From assembly GCA_013265495.1 (NCBI GenBank), contig MU058221.1:310001-374000 (forward strand): a stretch of DNA of 64,000 bases, in the 5' to 3' direction. Of this stretch, positions 13,081 to 25,669 are shown one piece after another. Position numbers and translations under genes: made by a program. Position 1 is the first letter of the stretch. The number at the start of each line of letters is the position of its first letter. The notes beneath the pieces are model-generated. The model did not search any database and was not told where the DNA came from. It was given only the letters and a program-made list of their open reading frames with translations. Origin of the DNA: Vicugna vicugna (lineage: Eukaryota).

Positions 13081-13579
13081 TGCAACTGGTTCCCAGAAAT
13101 AATTCATTCTGCCTTTAAGAATAAATAAATGGGTGAAACACCTTAAATTTTATAACATTTATATTTTTAACATTAAAATGTTTCTCAATAATATGTCTAC
13201 ATCCACTTCTAGGATTAAAGACACCAGAGGGCAGTTTTCCCCTCTGAGCCTCATTCCTGTCCCCAGAATAACCACATAGAAAAGACAAAGCTGCGAGGAG
13301 TTTACTCATCTGGCAAGACAAAAGGAGCTCACAACCCAAGATGAGGAAAGGACCAGAGAGAGAGAAATGAGGGAATAACGGGTCAGATCTGCCTGTCACA
13401 ACGGGGCAGACTCGAGAACTGCTAAGCCAGAGGGCGCCCTGTCCTCTTAGAGTTAAAGCTGCCGACTCCTAGCCGTTCCCTCACTGCCGGTGGGCAGGGT
13501 GGCTAAATGTGGTCCAGTGCGCTGGGAAAGAAATGATGTGATCATCTAAATAAATCTCAGGCTATGTTCTAAATATGGC

Positions 13580-13790
13580 TGTTGACTTGAGTCCTGGTTC
13601 TGTCATTACTTACTGAATGATCTTAAGAAAGATATTTAAATAACCCCTACTTCCGTTTTCTCATGAGCAAAACGGGCTCATAATAATGCCTGCTTCATGA
13701 AGTTATTGCGAAGAGTAAATGAGTTAATACACACACAGCAGGTAAATAAACAGAGAGATGTCTGCTCCTTAGCAAGTGCTCAGGAATGAC
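13580..13790 (+). mobile_element. MIR fragment
   Basis: Motifs gacttgagtcctggttctgtcattacttact...cttccgttttctcatgagcaaaacggg...gttattgcgaagagtaaatgagttaatac. Confidence 0.7.
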
Positions 13791-14539
13791 CAGCTGTTGG
13801 TTTTGTTACCTGCTTTTGTCTACTCTAGTCCAGAACACACTGCTTGGAAAGGTGAAGCCAGCACAAAGCTTGGCACGGAGATGGTGCTGAGAAGTGCCAT
13901 GGCAGTAAATGGTACATTTAACTTCCCCCTGTGATTTATTTAACTGTTCATAAACTACTAAGTGGTCTATATTATAAGAAATTCATTAGGTTAGATAGAA
14001 TTCATCTATAATCCTATCCTTACTGGATACTGCTAGCAATGTTTCTCTTGCTAAAGTCAAAGCTAAAACTGACTACTACATATTTTCAGGAAAACACCAC
14101 AGCTCCTGGCCTCTAAGACACATGAGTCTTTAGCTTTTCAACAAAAGAGCTCTGCTGAGAAGGAGAGACTTGGCCCGGGCTGTCCTCATCTGAAAGAATT
14201 TTGGGTTACTTGCCTGACAAGTCACTAGAAACAGAAATGCCTGGCTGAGACGTGATCTGTCGTCAGTAACAGGACTGTCTTTCAGAGCAGATCTTGTAGA
14301 TTTTAAGCCACCAAGTTTAAGCTCAAGAAAAAGCCACGTTTAATTGTATTCATTCTCTCTCTTTCCCCGTCATAAATTGTGTCTTCCTGTGTTACCATAT
14401 TAGCGGGATACAAAATAAAACCTGGAAGTAATCATGCAAGCGAGCTTGGTCTCACGGTACCCACTCCAGTATTCCCGAAGTTTAGCCAAAAGGGGCGCAG
14501 CTGGAGTGGTCCCTCCCTGTCTCCCACTCCAAACCCTGA

Positions 14540-14990
14540 GAAGTGCACCCGGCGCTGCTCTTTGTATGTGAGTGTCCCCCCCTGCCACCTGGGAGAGGCG
14601 GCCTGAGTCTGCTTGAGTCCGCCAGCTCTTCTCTTAGGCAGAGGGACAGCAGTGGCTGGCACACGCTGGGCACCTCTCCCAGAGCCGGGACGCTGAGCTG
14701 CTCCCCAGGCGCCTCCCGCTCGGCTGCCGGCAGAGCTGCCGCCGCCCGCGCGGCTGTTTCACAGGCCTTCCTTCCCCACACTCACTCTCCTTCCAGGAAG
14801 ACGTTACGTTTCATGAAAGGAGCCTGACCTGGCACCGGGGGCAAGGAGGTAGGAGAACATATCACTGCCCCAGCTCCATCAGAAGTAAACCAGTAGGAGC
14901 AGAGGTGCGGCCCTGCGGCGGGGCGCGTTCCGGGCAGCCTCCTGTGCCGTTGGATTTACGTCCCTGGGCCAAGGAGCGACATCGTCTGTG
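14540..14990. promoter_or_regulatory. Small CpG island 2 (promoter or enhancer)
   Basis: Local CpG/GC enrichment, not repeat-like, with a GC box (ggcggggcg) near 14917. Confidence 0.6.
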
Positions 14991-16149
14991 AAGTTAGCGT
15001 GTTAAGCCAGGTGACCCCCTTCAGTATTTTCTCATTTAAAAACTACACTAATTTAGAAATGCAGCCAAATCTTGGGGTTTTCAGTGAGGAATGGAGTTCA
15101 AGGTACCCAGAGTCCAATATTGGATTTGCTATGGAGACCAGCATAAAAAATAATTTTTAGTCGAATAACTTCATTCTACAAAGACTAAAACTAGAATCCA
15201 AAAAGGGTAAGTGGGATAGACTTGGGGTTATAACTTAGATTACCTGATTTTCGATGCAGGGTTCTCTCCATAAAAACTTCATCAACATTTCTAAAGGGCT
15301 ATTTCAAGGCATTAGCTGGTAATGTGTGGAAGGGGTAATTTAAGGGTAAAAACAAAAGGCCTTTTAGACGGCATTGAATTCATTTTGTGGAACTCATCCT
15401 GCATTCAGCTCTTACAACGCTCGTGCCAGCTGGCGCATTTCCCTTTGCACAGGAGTGTCCACAGCACAAGTGACCGAGCAGAGATGTCCAGTCCCATAGG
15501 TCACATGTCTCCTATGCCAAGTCTGTGTAATTTTACCCTTAGATAGTATTTTAAATAAAGGTAAGCAGCTGAGGGCTCTATTTTAAAACAGATTTCCTGT
15601 CCTTTTGCCTCCAAATTTCAAGAACATATTCAAGGTAATTTCTTATATTCTGCATATTCTGTGTGTTTTTATCTCACAATAGATTCACTTTTGCAATTTC
15701 AACTCTGAGAAATTTTTTTCTGCCGTACCTCAAACTTAGACAATCTATAATGAAAATTTCCTTCTAAATGCCCACCCTGGGCGTCTGGGCTGAGCCGAAC
15801 TCCCTGGAATGAATGAGATCACTGGAGGTGATCTTGTGGTCTCCAAGGAAAGTCAGGACGTCCTTGTCCAAGTTTTCTCCTGCAGAACATGAAATCCAGA
15901 CAGGAAGACAGTCTCTATGAATTGTTGCCAGTTCAGAGCTGTATACCTTTAATAGGCAGGGCATTTCATCCGTAACTGTGCATGTATGAAGGACGAAATA
16001 AAATACATAATTGAAATAGATCTGGTCAGGAGTAATGGGCATTAGGTGAGAAGGATACAAGTCTGAGTGAATAAACTGCCAAATAAAGGCCAATTTCCAG
16101 ACTTTATTCTCCTCACCTAGGATAACTCATTTCCTCAGGAGATTCACTC

Positions 16150-16520
16150 TATTAGTTTAGGCTGAATTATGATGCTGTAACAAACAACCCAGAAATCTCA
16201 GTGACTCCCAGCAAAGGTATTTCTCTCTGAAATTGTGTGTCTGTCATGAGCTGGATCTGACTCTGTTTCATGTTTTTTTTTTTTATTCCAGTTTCCAGAC
16301 TTACAGAAGAACCTTATGTAAGACACGGTCAGTCTCATGTAGAAAATGTAAGTGGGATCTAATGCAGGGATAATTTGTGGGAGACGAGTGTTGGCATTTT
16401 CCCTTAGATCTCACCGGCAATCGATTGGCCAAAGTAAGTTATGTGTTTGCGTTTGAGGCCAAGAAATTCAGAAAAGGGGTGGCTACCATAAAAAGGAATG
16501 GCCAAGAAGGGGTTGTGAGT
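16150..16520 (-). mobile_element. Old MaLR LTR (MLT1J/K-like)
   Basis: Terminus ttatgatgctgtaacaaacaacccagaaatctcagtgact. Confidence 0.55.
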
Positions 16521-17749
16521 ATGCTGAGACATAAGGCAACTGACTGCATTGACCCGTATGTCAGGAGAGGGGTGACTTTCAGTGGAAAATGTCATGCAGC
16601 CTCACATCACATCCCAACAAAAATGACTATGGAATTGCACATCCCTCCCTCCCCCCAAAAAAGACTTACTGCCAACCGAGTGCCAGGCTCTTGACTGATG
16701 GCGCCAGACCAAGTGAACAGATAACCAATTAACAGTTCGCGTGCAGCGTGGCCATGTGGCCCAGTTTGCTAGGAATAATCTCCTTTCACTTTCAAAAGTG
16801 TCTTGGAATTGGATGTTTAAAATTTTATAGTGAAATATCAGAGAAAGAAATGTCTCAGACTGATTGTCAACTATATGGTCACCCACAGGGATATCTAATG
16901 ACTGTCTCAACATGTTTGCGTTTCAGAAATACAGGCCCTAAACTCACGGAGCTGGAGAGTGGTCAGCTCACGCTGGGGTGGTGTCTGTGAGGGTCCTGGA
17001 AGGGCTCTTCCCCACATATCCACGTGCTTGTGGATTTCTGCAGTTTGGTGGAGATAGCTAAACAAAACTGAACTGTCACTATTAAGCCAAGCAACAGTAG
17101 GGGAGAAGCAGTTCAAAATGACCCTGTAAGTCCTAATGAATACAGGAAGAGTGGGAATGGTTACCTCTGTTTCCTTCTTCAAGTGTGGGTACAATAAACA
17201 GAGGCAATTTAAAGGCAGAAGATGAGACCTTTTCATAAAAGATGAGTAAAGTGCACAACACTTTTCCAAGGGCAGTTCATTAATACTAATTCAAATTCTA
17301 AACAATGAACATGCCACTTATTTCAGCAATTTTTCTTCTAGAAATTCATGCTAAGGAAACAGTCAGAGCTACAAGAGAAGTGCTGAGGTAATTACTTTCT
17401 GTACCATTTTTAAAACAAAATGAGCTAAGCCAGTACTGAACACTTTGCACACATCTTTTTAAATCTAATATTGATAACAATGTTAAGAGATCCAAATGGT
17501 CGTTCCCTTTTTCCAGGACAGAAGACTGTGCTCTAGAGGTTTTTAATGTAACTTATCCCATGAACACGAGTGGGAGAGTAAACATTTCGTTGCAGATATG
17601 TCAACCCAGGTATATCTGAACAGCTTCCGCACGCTCTTCTCAGCAAATTAGATACGAACTAAAGGAGAAAAATAACCATATGTTACCTACATTGTATTGC
17701 AAATATTCTACGAATAGATAATTACATTTGTTTAAAAAATGTTTTAGAA

Positions 17750-18228
17750 TAGGCCACCAGTCATGTGGCAAAGTAGGTAGCTCCAAGAATCCATCTGCAG
17801 AAACACTGAAAACTTAAGCAGAAACTGTTAGAATCAATTGTGTCAGAATGCTGGCAAACAGTTAAAGGATTTCAGCAAGCAAGTCAACACTGAATAAAGA
17901 AAATGGCAATTTTAAAAAGTAGAAAAGCTTTGTGGTGCTTTTGTTGCTCTTGTCCCACCCATTCCTGGGTTTAAGGACAATCTTGAAGATGGCAGCTTAC
18001 TTCACAGCATGGAGCCCTGGTCCCCAGTTTCATAGGGAGCAGAATAGACCTTGTTCTCAAATAATTGTTTCTCTGTTCTGACCTGCCTGGGGCTGCCTGG
18101 AGACTGACTTGATTTGGTTTTGCTTAATGTAAAACTCACACAGTGTAGAAAGTGGTAAGCATTTCAAGAAAACATTGTAAGGCAGGTGGACAACTTGCTG
18201 TGGCCTGTGGCTAAAGATTACAACTATT
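17750..18228 (+). mobile_element. Old L1M 5' region
   Basis: Motif gcagaaactgttagaatcaattgtgtcagaatgctggcaaacagttaaagg; colinear with old ORF1 pieces downstream. Confidence 0.5.
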
Positions 18229-19677
18229 CAGGACCTCAAATAGCCAAAACAGCTTTGAAGAGGACTCATACTTCCAGATTTCAAAGCTTATTACAGTGCT
18301 AAAGTAATCAAAACAGTATGGAATAAATAGAGGCATACAGAGCATATATAGTCAAATGACATTATTGACAAAATGACAAGGGCATCAGGACCACTCATTG
18401 GGGGAAGATAGTCTTTTCAACAAATGGTACGAGGAAAACTGGACACTCACATGCAAAAAAAAAAAATGAAGTTGGACCATTACCTAGCACCATATACAAA
18501 AATTAATTTTTAATGTAGCAAGGCCTAAATGTAAGAACAAAAACTATAAAACTCTTAGAAGAAAACAGGGTGAAATCTTCATGACTTCAAAGTTGGCAAT
18601 GATTTTTTTGGATATGACACCAAAGGAGGAGGCAAAAAAAGACAAAACAGACAAATTGGATATTATGAAAATTTAAAAATTTTGTGCATCAAAATACAAT
18701 ATCAACAGAGTAAAATGGAGACCCACATAATGGGGAAATATTTGAAAATCGTATATCTGAAAAAGCATTAATATTCAGAATATATAGAGAACACCTGAAA
18801 CTCAACAACAGTGAAATGAGCCACTCAATTAAAAAATGAGCAAAGTATTGAATAGACATTTCTCTAAAGAACTTGTAGAAATGGCCAATAAGCACATAAA
18901 ATGATCCTCACTATCATTAATCATTAAAGAAATGCAAATCAAAGTATGCCGAGATGCTACTTTATACTCATTGGCATGACTATTACCAAACCAACCAACC
19001 AACCAACAAACAAAATAACAAGTGCTGGAGAGGATATGGAGAAATCTGAACCTTTGGCACTGTTGGCTGGAATGTAAAATGGTACACCCACTGCAGCAAA
19101 CAGTATGGCAGCTTCCCCAAAAATGAAAAATAGGACTACTATATGATTTAGCAATTCCACTTTTGGGCTTACACTCAAAAGAATGAAAATCAGGGTCTTG
19201 AAAATATTTTTGTATCTACATGTTTATAGTAGCATTATTCACAGTAGCTAAAATGTGGAAGCAGCCCAAAGTTCACTGGTACGTATAGTAGAATATTATT
19301 CAGCCTTGAAAAGGAAGGAAATTCTGACGCTTGCTGCAATGTGAATGAATTTTGATGGCATAATGTTAAGTGAAATAAACCAGTTACAAAAAGACAAACT
19401 TTGATTCCACTTACATGATGTACATAGAGTAATCAAAAGCACAGAGACAAAGTAAAAGGATGGTTTCTGGGGACTGGAGGAATGAGGTCATAGGAAATTA
19501 TTTTTAAATGGGTGTAGAAGGTCAGTTTTATAAGATAAAATAGAGATGGATGGTGCTGATCAATGTATAGCATTATAAGTGAGCTTAATACCACTGAACT
19601 GTACACTTGAAAATGGTTAAGATGGCAAATTTTATATCATGTATTATTACCATAATCAAAATTTTCAAAAAAAAAAG
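18229..19677 (+). mobile_element. Old L1 (L1MA/L1MB-like) ORF2 3' part, 3'UTR and poly-A
   Basis: Motifs gtcttttcaacaaatggt...aactgga, aaatgcaaatcaaa and cactgaactgtacacttgaaaatggttaagatggcaaatttta, then an A tail. Confidence 0.9.
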
Positions 19678-20046
19678 GCAAACAGAAATTCTGGAACTGA
19701 AAACTACAATAACTGAAGTGAAAAACTCAGCAGATGATATTAATAGCAGATTTGAGCAGGGAGAAAATGAATCAGCAAGCTTGAAGACAGGTCAGTTGAA
19801 TTTATGCAGTCTAGGAGACCTGTGGGATACAACCAATCACATTGACACGTACATGGTGGGAGTCTCAGAAAGACAATGGAGAGAGTGAAAAGGGCAGAAA
19901 GAACACTCAAAGAAATAATGGCTGGAAACTCCCCATATTTGATAAAAGACATGAATCTACATATCAAAGAAGCTCAACAACTTTCAGCAAGGATAAACTA
20001 AAGACGATTCACATGGCCACATTAAAATCAGATTGTCAAAAGTCAA
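19678..20046 (+). mobile_element. Old L1M ORF1 fragment (resumes at 22795)
   Basis: Translates to QTEILELKTTITEVKNSADDINSRFEQGE, an L1 ORF1 coiled-coil-like sequence. Confidence 0.85.
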
Positions 20047-22065
20047 GGAAAAGATTTCTGGTCAAGATGGCAGAGTGGTAGGACCACGAGCTTGCCTCTA
20101 CTCAAGACCACAGTGAAACCACAACTGACTGCTAGACAACCATCGAAAAAAAGAATGGAACCTCGCAAAGAAGATCATCTTCAAGTGGAAATGTAAAGAG
20201 GGAACCACAGCAGGATGGGAGCAGGGGCGTGCTCATGGTATAACTGGGCCCCGTACCTCCTGGGTGGGCGACCCACAGGCTGAAGAATAATTAAGTCGCA
20301 GAGGCCCTCCCACAGGAGTGAGCGCTCTGAGCCCCACGTCAGGCTCCCCAGCCCGGGGTTCTGTCAGTGGGAGGAGGAGTCCCCAGGACATCTGGTTTTG
20401 AAGGCCAGGGGGCTTAACTCCAGGAGCCCCATGGGAGTGGGGGAAAAAGACTTCACTCTCTTGGGAGGCATACATAGAGTCTTGCGTGTGAGAGGCCCAA
20501 GGGCAGAGGCAGTGACTTCACAGGAACCTGAGGCAGGTCTGCCTGCTGGTTTTGGAAGGTCTCCTGGGGATGTGGGGGATGGCTGCGGCTCACCCAGGGG
20601 ACATAAAAGCTGGTGGCGGACATTCCGGGAGTGTTAATCTACATGAGCTTTCCTGGAGGCTGACATCTTGATTGGATCATCAGCACCAAGACCCAGCCCC
20701 ACCCAACAGCCTGTAGGGAAGCCTCAGGCCAAACACCACACAGGGTGGGAGCACAGCCCCACCCAGCAGCAGACCTCCTGAGCCACAAAGGCCTCTAGAC
20801 ACAGCCCTGCCCACCAGAGGTCCAGGGCCAAGCTTCACCCAGCAGTGGGTAGGCACCAGCTCCTCCTGCCAGGAAACTTGCATAAGCTTCTAGTCCAGCC
20901 TCACCCACCAGGGGCAGGTACCAGAAATAAGAAAATGACAATCCCAAGCCTCTGGAAGGAGCCCACAAACACAGGCCAGACTCTGCATTAGGACCCGCTG
21001 GACACCCGGCCTTGGGGGACAAGAGAGGAGTGCACTGCTGGGATGCACAGGACGTCCCCCACAGAGGCCACCTCTTCAAGGGAGAGAAACATAACCAACC
21101 TGCCTAAAAATACAAATAGAGAGATAAACAATTTGAGGTGACAGAGGAACATCTCCCAGGCCAGGGCACAAGATAAAATCCCAGAAGAAATGTGATGAGG
21201 AGATGGGCAATGTATCTGAGAAATAATTTAAAGTAATGATGGTGAAGTTCAGAGAACTCACGAGGAGTACAGATGCACAGAGTGAAGTTGTTAGCAAAGA
21301 GCTGGAAAATACAAAGAACACCCAGACAGATTTGAAGAATAAAATCACTGAAATGAGTAACACACTAGAAAGAACCAAGAATAGACTAAATGAGGCAGAA
21401 GAAGGGCTCAGTGAGCTAGAAGACAGATGAGTGGAAATCACTTCTGCAGAACAGAAGAAAGAATGCAAAGAGATGAGGATAGTTTAAGAGAACTCGGGGA
21501 CAACATGAAGGGCCCTAACAGTCACATTATAGGGGTCCCAGAGAGAGAAGAGAGAGAACCTGAGCAAATTTTTGAAGAAATAATCACTGAAAACGTCCCC
21601 GGCGTGGGGAACAAAGCAGTCACCCGGGTCCTGAAAGCAACAGGGAGTCCCACACGGGATCAGCCCAAAGAGGAGCACACCGAGGCTCGCAGCCATCAAA
21701 CTGACAGGAACCTAGGATGGGGAGAAAGTATCAAAAGTAGCAAGAAAAAAGCAACAAATAACAAGGGAGCTCCCGTAAGGCCATCAGCCGATTTTTCAGC
21801 AGGAGCTCCACAGGCCAGACGGGAGCGGCTCGAGATGTTCAAAGTTATTAAAGGAAAAAACCTACAACCAAGAACACACTACCCAGCACGGCTCTCCTTC
21901 AGACTTGATGGAGAGATCAGAAGCGTCACCAAGATCCAAGAGCTACGAGAACCCAGCACCGCCAGCCAGCTTTACAACAGACGTTAAAGGAACTTCTCCA
22001 GTCATCAAACCATGAGAGAAGAGAACAGAAAGAAGAAAGAGAAGGAGAAAGAGGCTCATAAAAGA
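20047..22065 (+). mobile_element. Younger L1 5'UTR plus disrupted ORF1
   Basis: YY1 motif CAAGATGGC at the 5' end and a GC-rich UTR. ORF1 peptides KNKITEMSNTLE...RLNEAEEGLSELEDR, IIGVPE, SADFS and KNLQPRTHYPARLSF occur with frameshifts. Confidence 0.92.
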
Positions 22066-22590
22066 GTGCTTTGGCACTTCAGGGTCTGTTATGGTTCCGT
22101 ACGCGTTTTGGAATCGTCTGCTCTAGTTCTGTGAGGAATGTCGGGAGTGTTTTGACAGGGGTTGCACTGGATCTACAGGTTGATTTGGGTGGTGCAGCTC
22201 TTTGGATGATGTTGATTGTCCCAATCCAAGAGCACAAGATGTCTTTCCATTTCTTTGTATCATCTTTAATTCCCTTAATCAATGTTTTACAGTTTTCAGA
22301 GCATAGGTAACCTCCTTGGTGAAGTTTATTTCTACATTTTTTTTTCTTTTTGATGCAGTGGGAATATTTATGCCAGTTATAAAATTCTGGTTTCTGAAGT
22401 GGAAAAAAAAAGTGAATGAAGGGCTGCAAATGGCAGAATATCCTTCTTTCTTACAGGTGAGTTATACTCCATTACGTATGTGTGCCGCATCTTCCTTATC
22501 CATTCAGCTACTGATGTGCACTCATGATGCTCCCATGTCTTGGCAATTGTGAATCATAGCAGGGTGTATGTATCTTTTTCAATTAATGCT
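22066..22590 (-). mobile_element. Inverted L1 ORF2 fragments (two pieces)
   Basis: The minus ORF contains KWKDILCSWIGTINII...FLTELEQTI. A second piece at about 22420-22590 matches the ORF2 end or 3'UTR. Confidence 0.85.
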
Positions 22591-22794
22591 TACTTTGTGG
22601 TTGGCTTTATTCCTTTGATAACTATGTAAGTTTAAAAAGCTAAAGCTCTAAATGTTCTTAGAAACAATGAACAGTACATATATGTAAATTTTAAAAATAT
22701 GTGCAGTATGTTGTGTATATGTATTTACATGCGATACATTATACATGTGCTGTCAGATTATAATAATTCTACCTAATAAAACTGAGAAATGAAA

Positions 22795-24305
22795 AAAAGT
22801 CAAAGACAAAAAGAGAATCTTGAAACAAAGGAGAAATGAGTGTCACATACAAGAGTTTCTCAGTAAGACTGACAGTCAACTTCTCATCGTAAACCAAGAA
22901 GGCCAGAAGCAAACGGGACAGGAGCTTTAAATTTCTGAAAGAATAATCTGTCAACCAAGATTTCTATATCCAGGAAAATCTCCTCCAAAAATGAAGGGGA
23001 TAGTAAGACTTTTCAAGACAAGTAAGAATGAAGTTGCATTCCTACCTTAAATGATATAAAGCTTAAAATTCTTAGAGCAGAACGTAGCAGTAAATTTTAT
23101 GTCCTCGGATTTGGCAATTGCTTCTTTTATAACATCAAAATCATGAGCAACAAGAGAAAAAAATAGGTTAATTGGACTTCATCAAAATTAAAAACTTTTA
23201 TGTATCAAAGGACATTATCAAGAAAGTGAAAAAAAAAACAGCCTGCTACTTGCAAAATCGGATATCAGATGAGGCTCTAGCATCTGGAATAACTAAAGAA
23301 AGCTTGACTCAGAAAGAAAAGAGACAAAACACAACTGAAAAGTGGGCACGGTGGAAAAGAGTGTGACAATGAGTATGTGTATGTTCACGTGTGACTGAAG
23401 CATGTGCCGAGCACTGGAAATGGACACAGCACTGTAAACTGACCATAACTCAGTAGAAAAAATGCGGGCAAAGGGCTTAAATAGATATTTCTCCAAAGAA
23501 GGTACACACGTAGACAATAGACAAGAAAAAAGTTCACTATATGCAGATCTAAGCCATAATTAGATACCACTTCACACCCACTAGAATGACTATAATTTTT
23601 ACAAATTGAAGACAACAAGTGCTCACAAGGTCACGGAGAGACTGAACATTTTGTGCATCGCTGATGGGCATGTAAAACGCTACAGCCACTAGCACAGCAG
23701 TCTTGTAGTTTCTCAAAAAGTTAAATACTGGCTTATTTAATGATCCAATAATTCTCTTCCTAGATGTGAACCCCTAAAAATTTAAAATAGGGACTCAAAC
23801 AATTACTTGTACATGAATCTTCACAGCAGATTGTTAGCAATAGCTGAAAGGTGGAAACAGCCCAAATGTCCAAATGCCCATCACCTGCTGAACAGGTAAA
23901 ATGTTATGTGTATGTGTATATATATATGAATGTTCTCAGTCCAAAAAGTGAAGTAATGATATGTGCTAAGACATGATGTGCATCAAAAGCATTACGCCCC
24001 GTGAAAGAATAAAACGTCAGACACAAAATATCACAATTTCATAATTCCATTTATATGAAATATTAAGGATATATTCTGAAATATTCAGGGACAAAAACCA
24101 GATTGGAGTTTTCCAGAAACAAAGGGGTGGGGGCATAAGATGTGGCTGCTTGATAGAGTATGAGGTTTCTCTTCTGAGGCCATGAAATGTTGTGGAAACT
24201 GGATAGAAGTGGTGGTTGCAATGTGAACGTATCAAGTGCCACTGAATTGTATACTTTTAAGTTGTTGATTTTAAATTACTCCATTTCATTTTAATTTTAA
24301 AAAAC
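22795..24305 (+). mobile_element. Old L1MB-like: ORF1 end, internally deleted ORF2 and 3' end
   Basis: Motifs ttggacttcatcaaaattaaaaacttt, gataccacttcacacccactagaatg and gccactgaattgtatactttt. Confidence 0.85.
23349..23460 (+). mobile_element. Short camelid-type L1 3' tail inserted in the old L1
   Basis: Matches the tails at 38.5, 48.4 and 61.8 kb (tgtaaactgac.ataactca). Approximate TSD aaaagtgggca / aatgcgggca. Confidence 0.8.
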
Positions 24306-25669
24306 ACTGATTTAAATATTTTATGACACAAAAAATTCTGACCATGCATGTTATTACCAGAATATGGATTAAGACGCTGTGCATGTGTGTGTGTGTATTT
24401 GTGTCTCAGTTAGATTGTATATCCTATCAGGACAGAATTTTTTTAACCTGTTTTTTTTGCTGCTGTATTGCCAGCAACTGAATCTCTTGCTGTTTCTCAC
24501 AAAACTGTGGATGATCTTTATTTTCTTCTAATTACTTGCTTGCATTTTTCTAAGATTTAGCTCTTTTAAATAAATGTGTAATTTTGTAAGGAAGACTGCT
24601 TAACTATAGAAGCTTCCAGAAGGAATCGAATGGTTTTTAAATTAGGAGTCCACAGAATTGAGCACCTTCCTATTTCACTTCTAAAAAAATAGAGATTCCA
24701 GATATATATTTTATCAGAGCATGGCACAAACCAACCAATTAATCCTTCCCTAAAGACATTTTCTTGAGACGCTACTAATAATATTTTAGTTCTCCAAATA
24801 CCAAGCAGGTGTTTCTTTTTAGAAGAATGAGGGGAAAAAAATCTAGTGATGATATAAAAACAATAACAGAATGTGATGACTGTGTCATCACTGTGCACAC
24901 AAATTGCTGAAAATATAAAACAGGAAAAGCAAGGTCAGTAGAAATTAACTTAAAGTTATTCAGACCACAAGTGGGCAGATTAATGGGTGACTTAATAAAG
25001 CACAAGTCTGTCAGAGGTGGCTGCTTAATGAACAGTTACAGCACCCTAGATACTAGAGAAAGCGTTGAAGACGGCGTCATATTTGGGAGCTCATAATGAG
25101 TCTGGACGTGATGAAACCCACCTCAGTAATGAGACGCCAGCAGACCTGAAACACGGATCCCTGAAGCAGTGGTGAGTTAGCCCTTCAGAATCATCGGTGA
25201 GCTCTGGTTAAAAGGAAGAGGTGAAAACACAGATTCTTTCATCTTATTAATTGGAAATTCTGCTGCACACGTTGAAAATCAGGTTCATTATAATGGGAGG
25301 CCTCAACTGTGCAGGGATAAAAATTGTTTTCACCAGGATGTTATTTGAAATCAAACTCAGGGATTTAAATTAAGGAGGAAAGAACCTTAAACATTTATGG
25401 TCACTGGGAACAGACAGAAAACAAAAACAAAGTAAAGCACTAGTCTGGACTAATTTCATTTTATCAGAATTTATTTTTCAACTTTAGCTGAATGTTGTCA
25501 TATTTCTCTGGAGAATTCATTAATAATGTACTCAGAGTTCTAGTAAAAATTCAAAGTGAGAAGGTAGCAGGAGGTCCCACCTGTGATGCAAATTAAAGTC
25601 AGCGTGTTTAATGTGACGTTATCTTTCCACATCTGTACTGCAGTGGCCAAATATAACAGGAAAATCCAA

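Noticed and set aside
13421..13440. CTCF-like motif GCCAGAGGGCGCC
   Set aside because: Only a partial match to the core; a single motif is not sufficient evidence.
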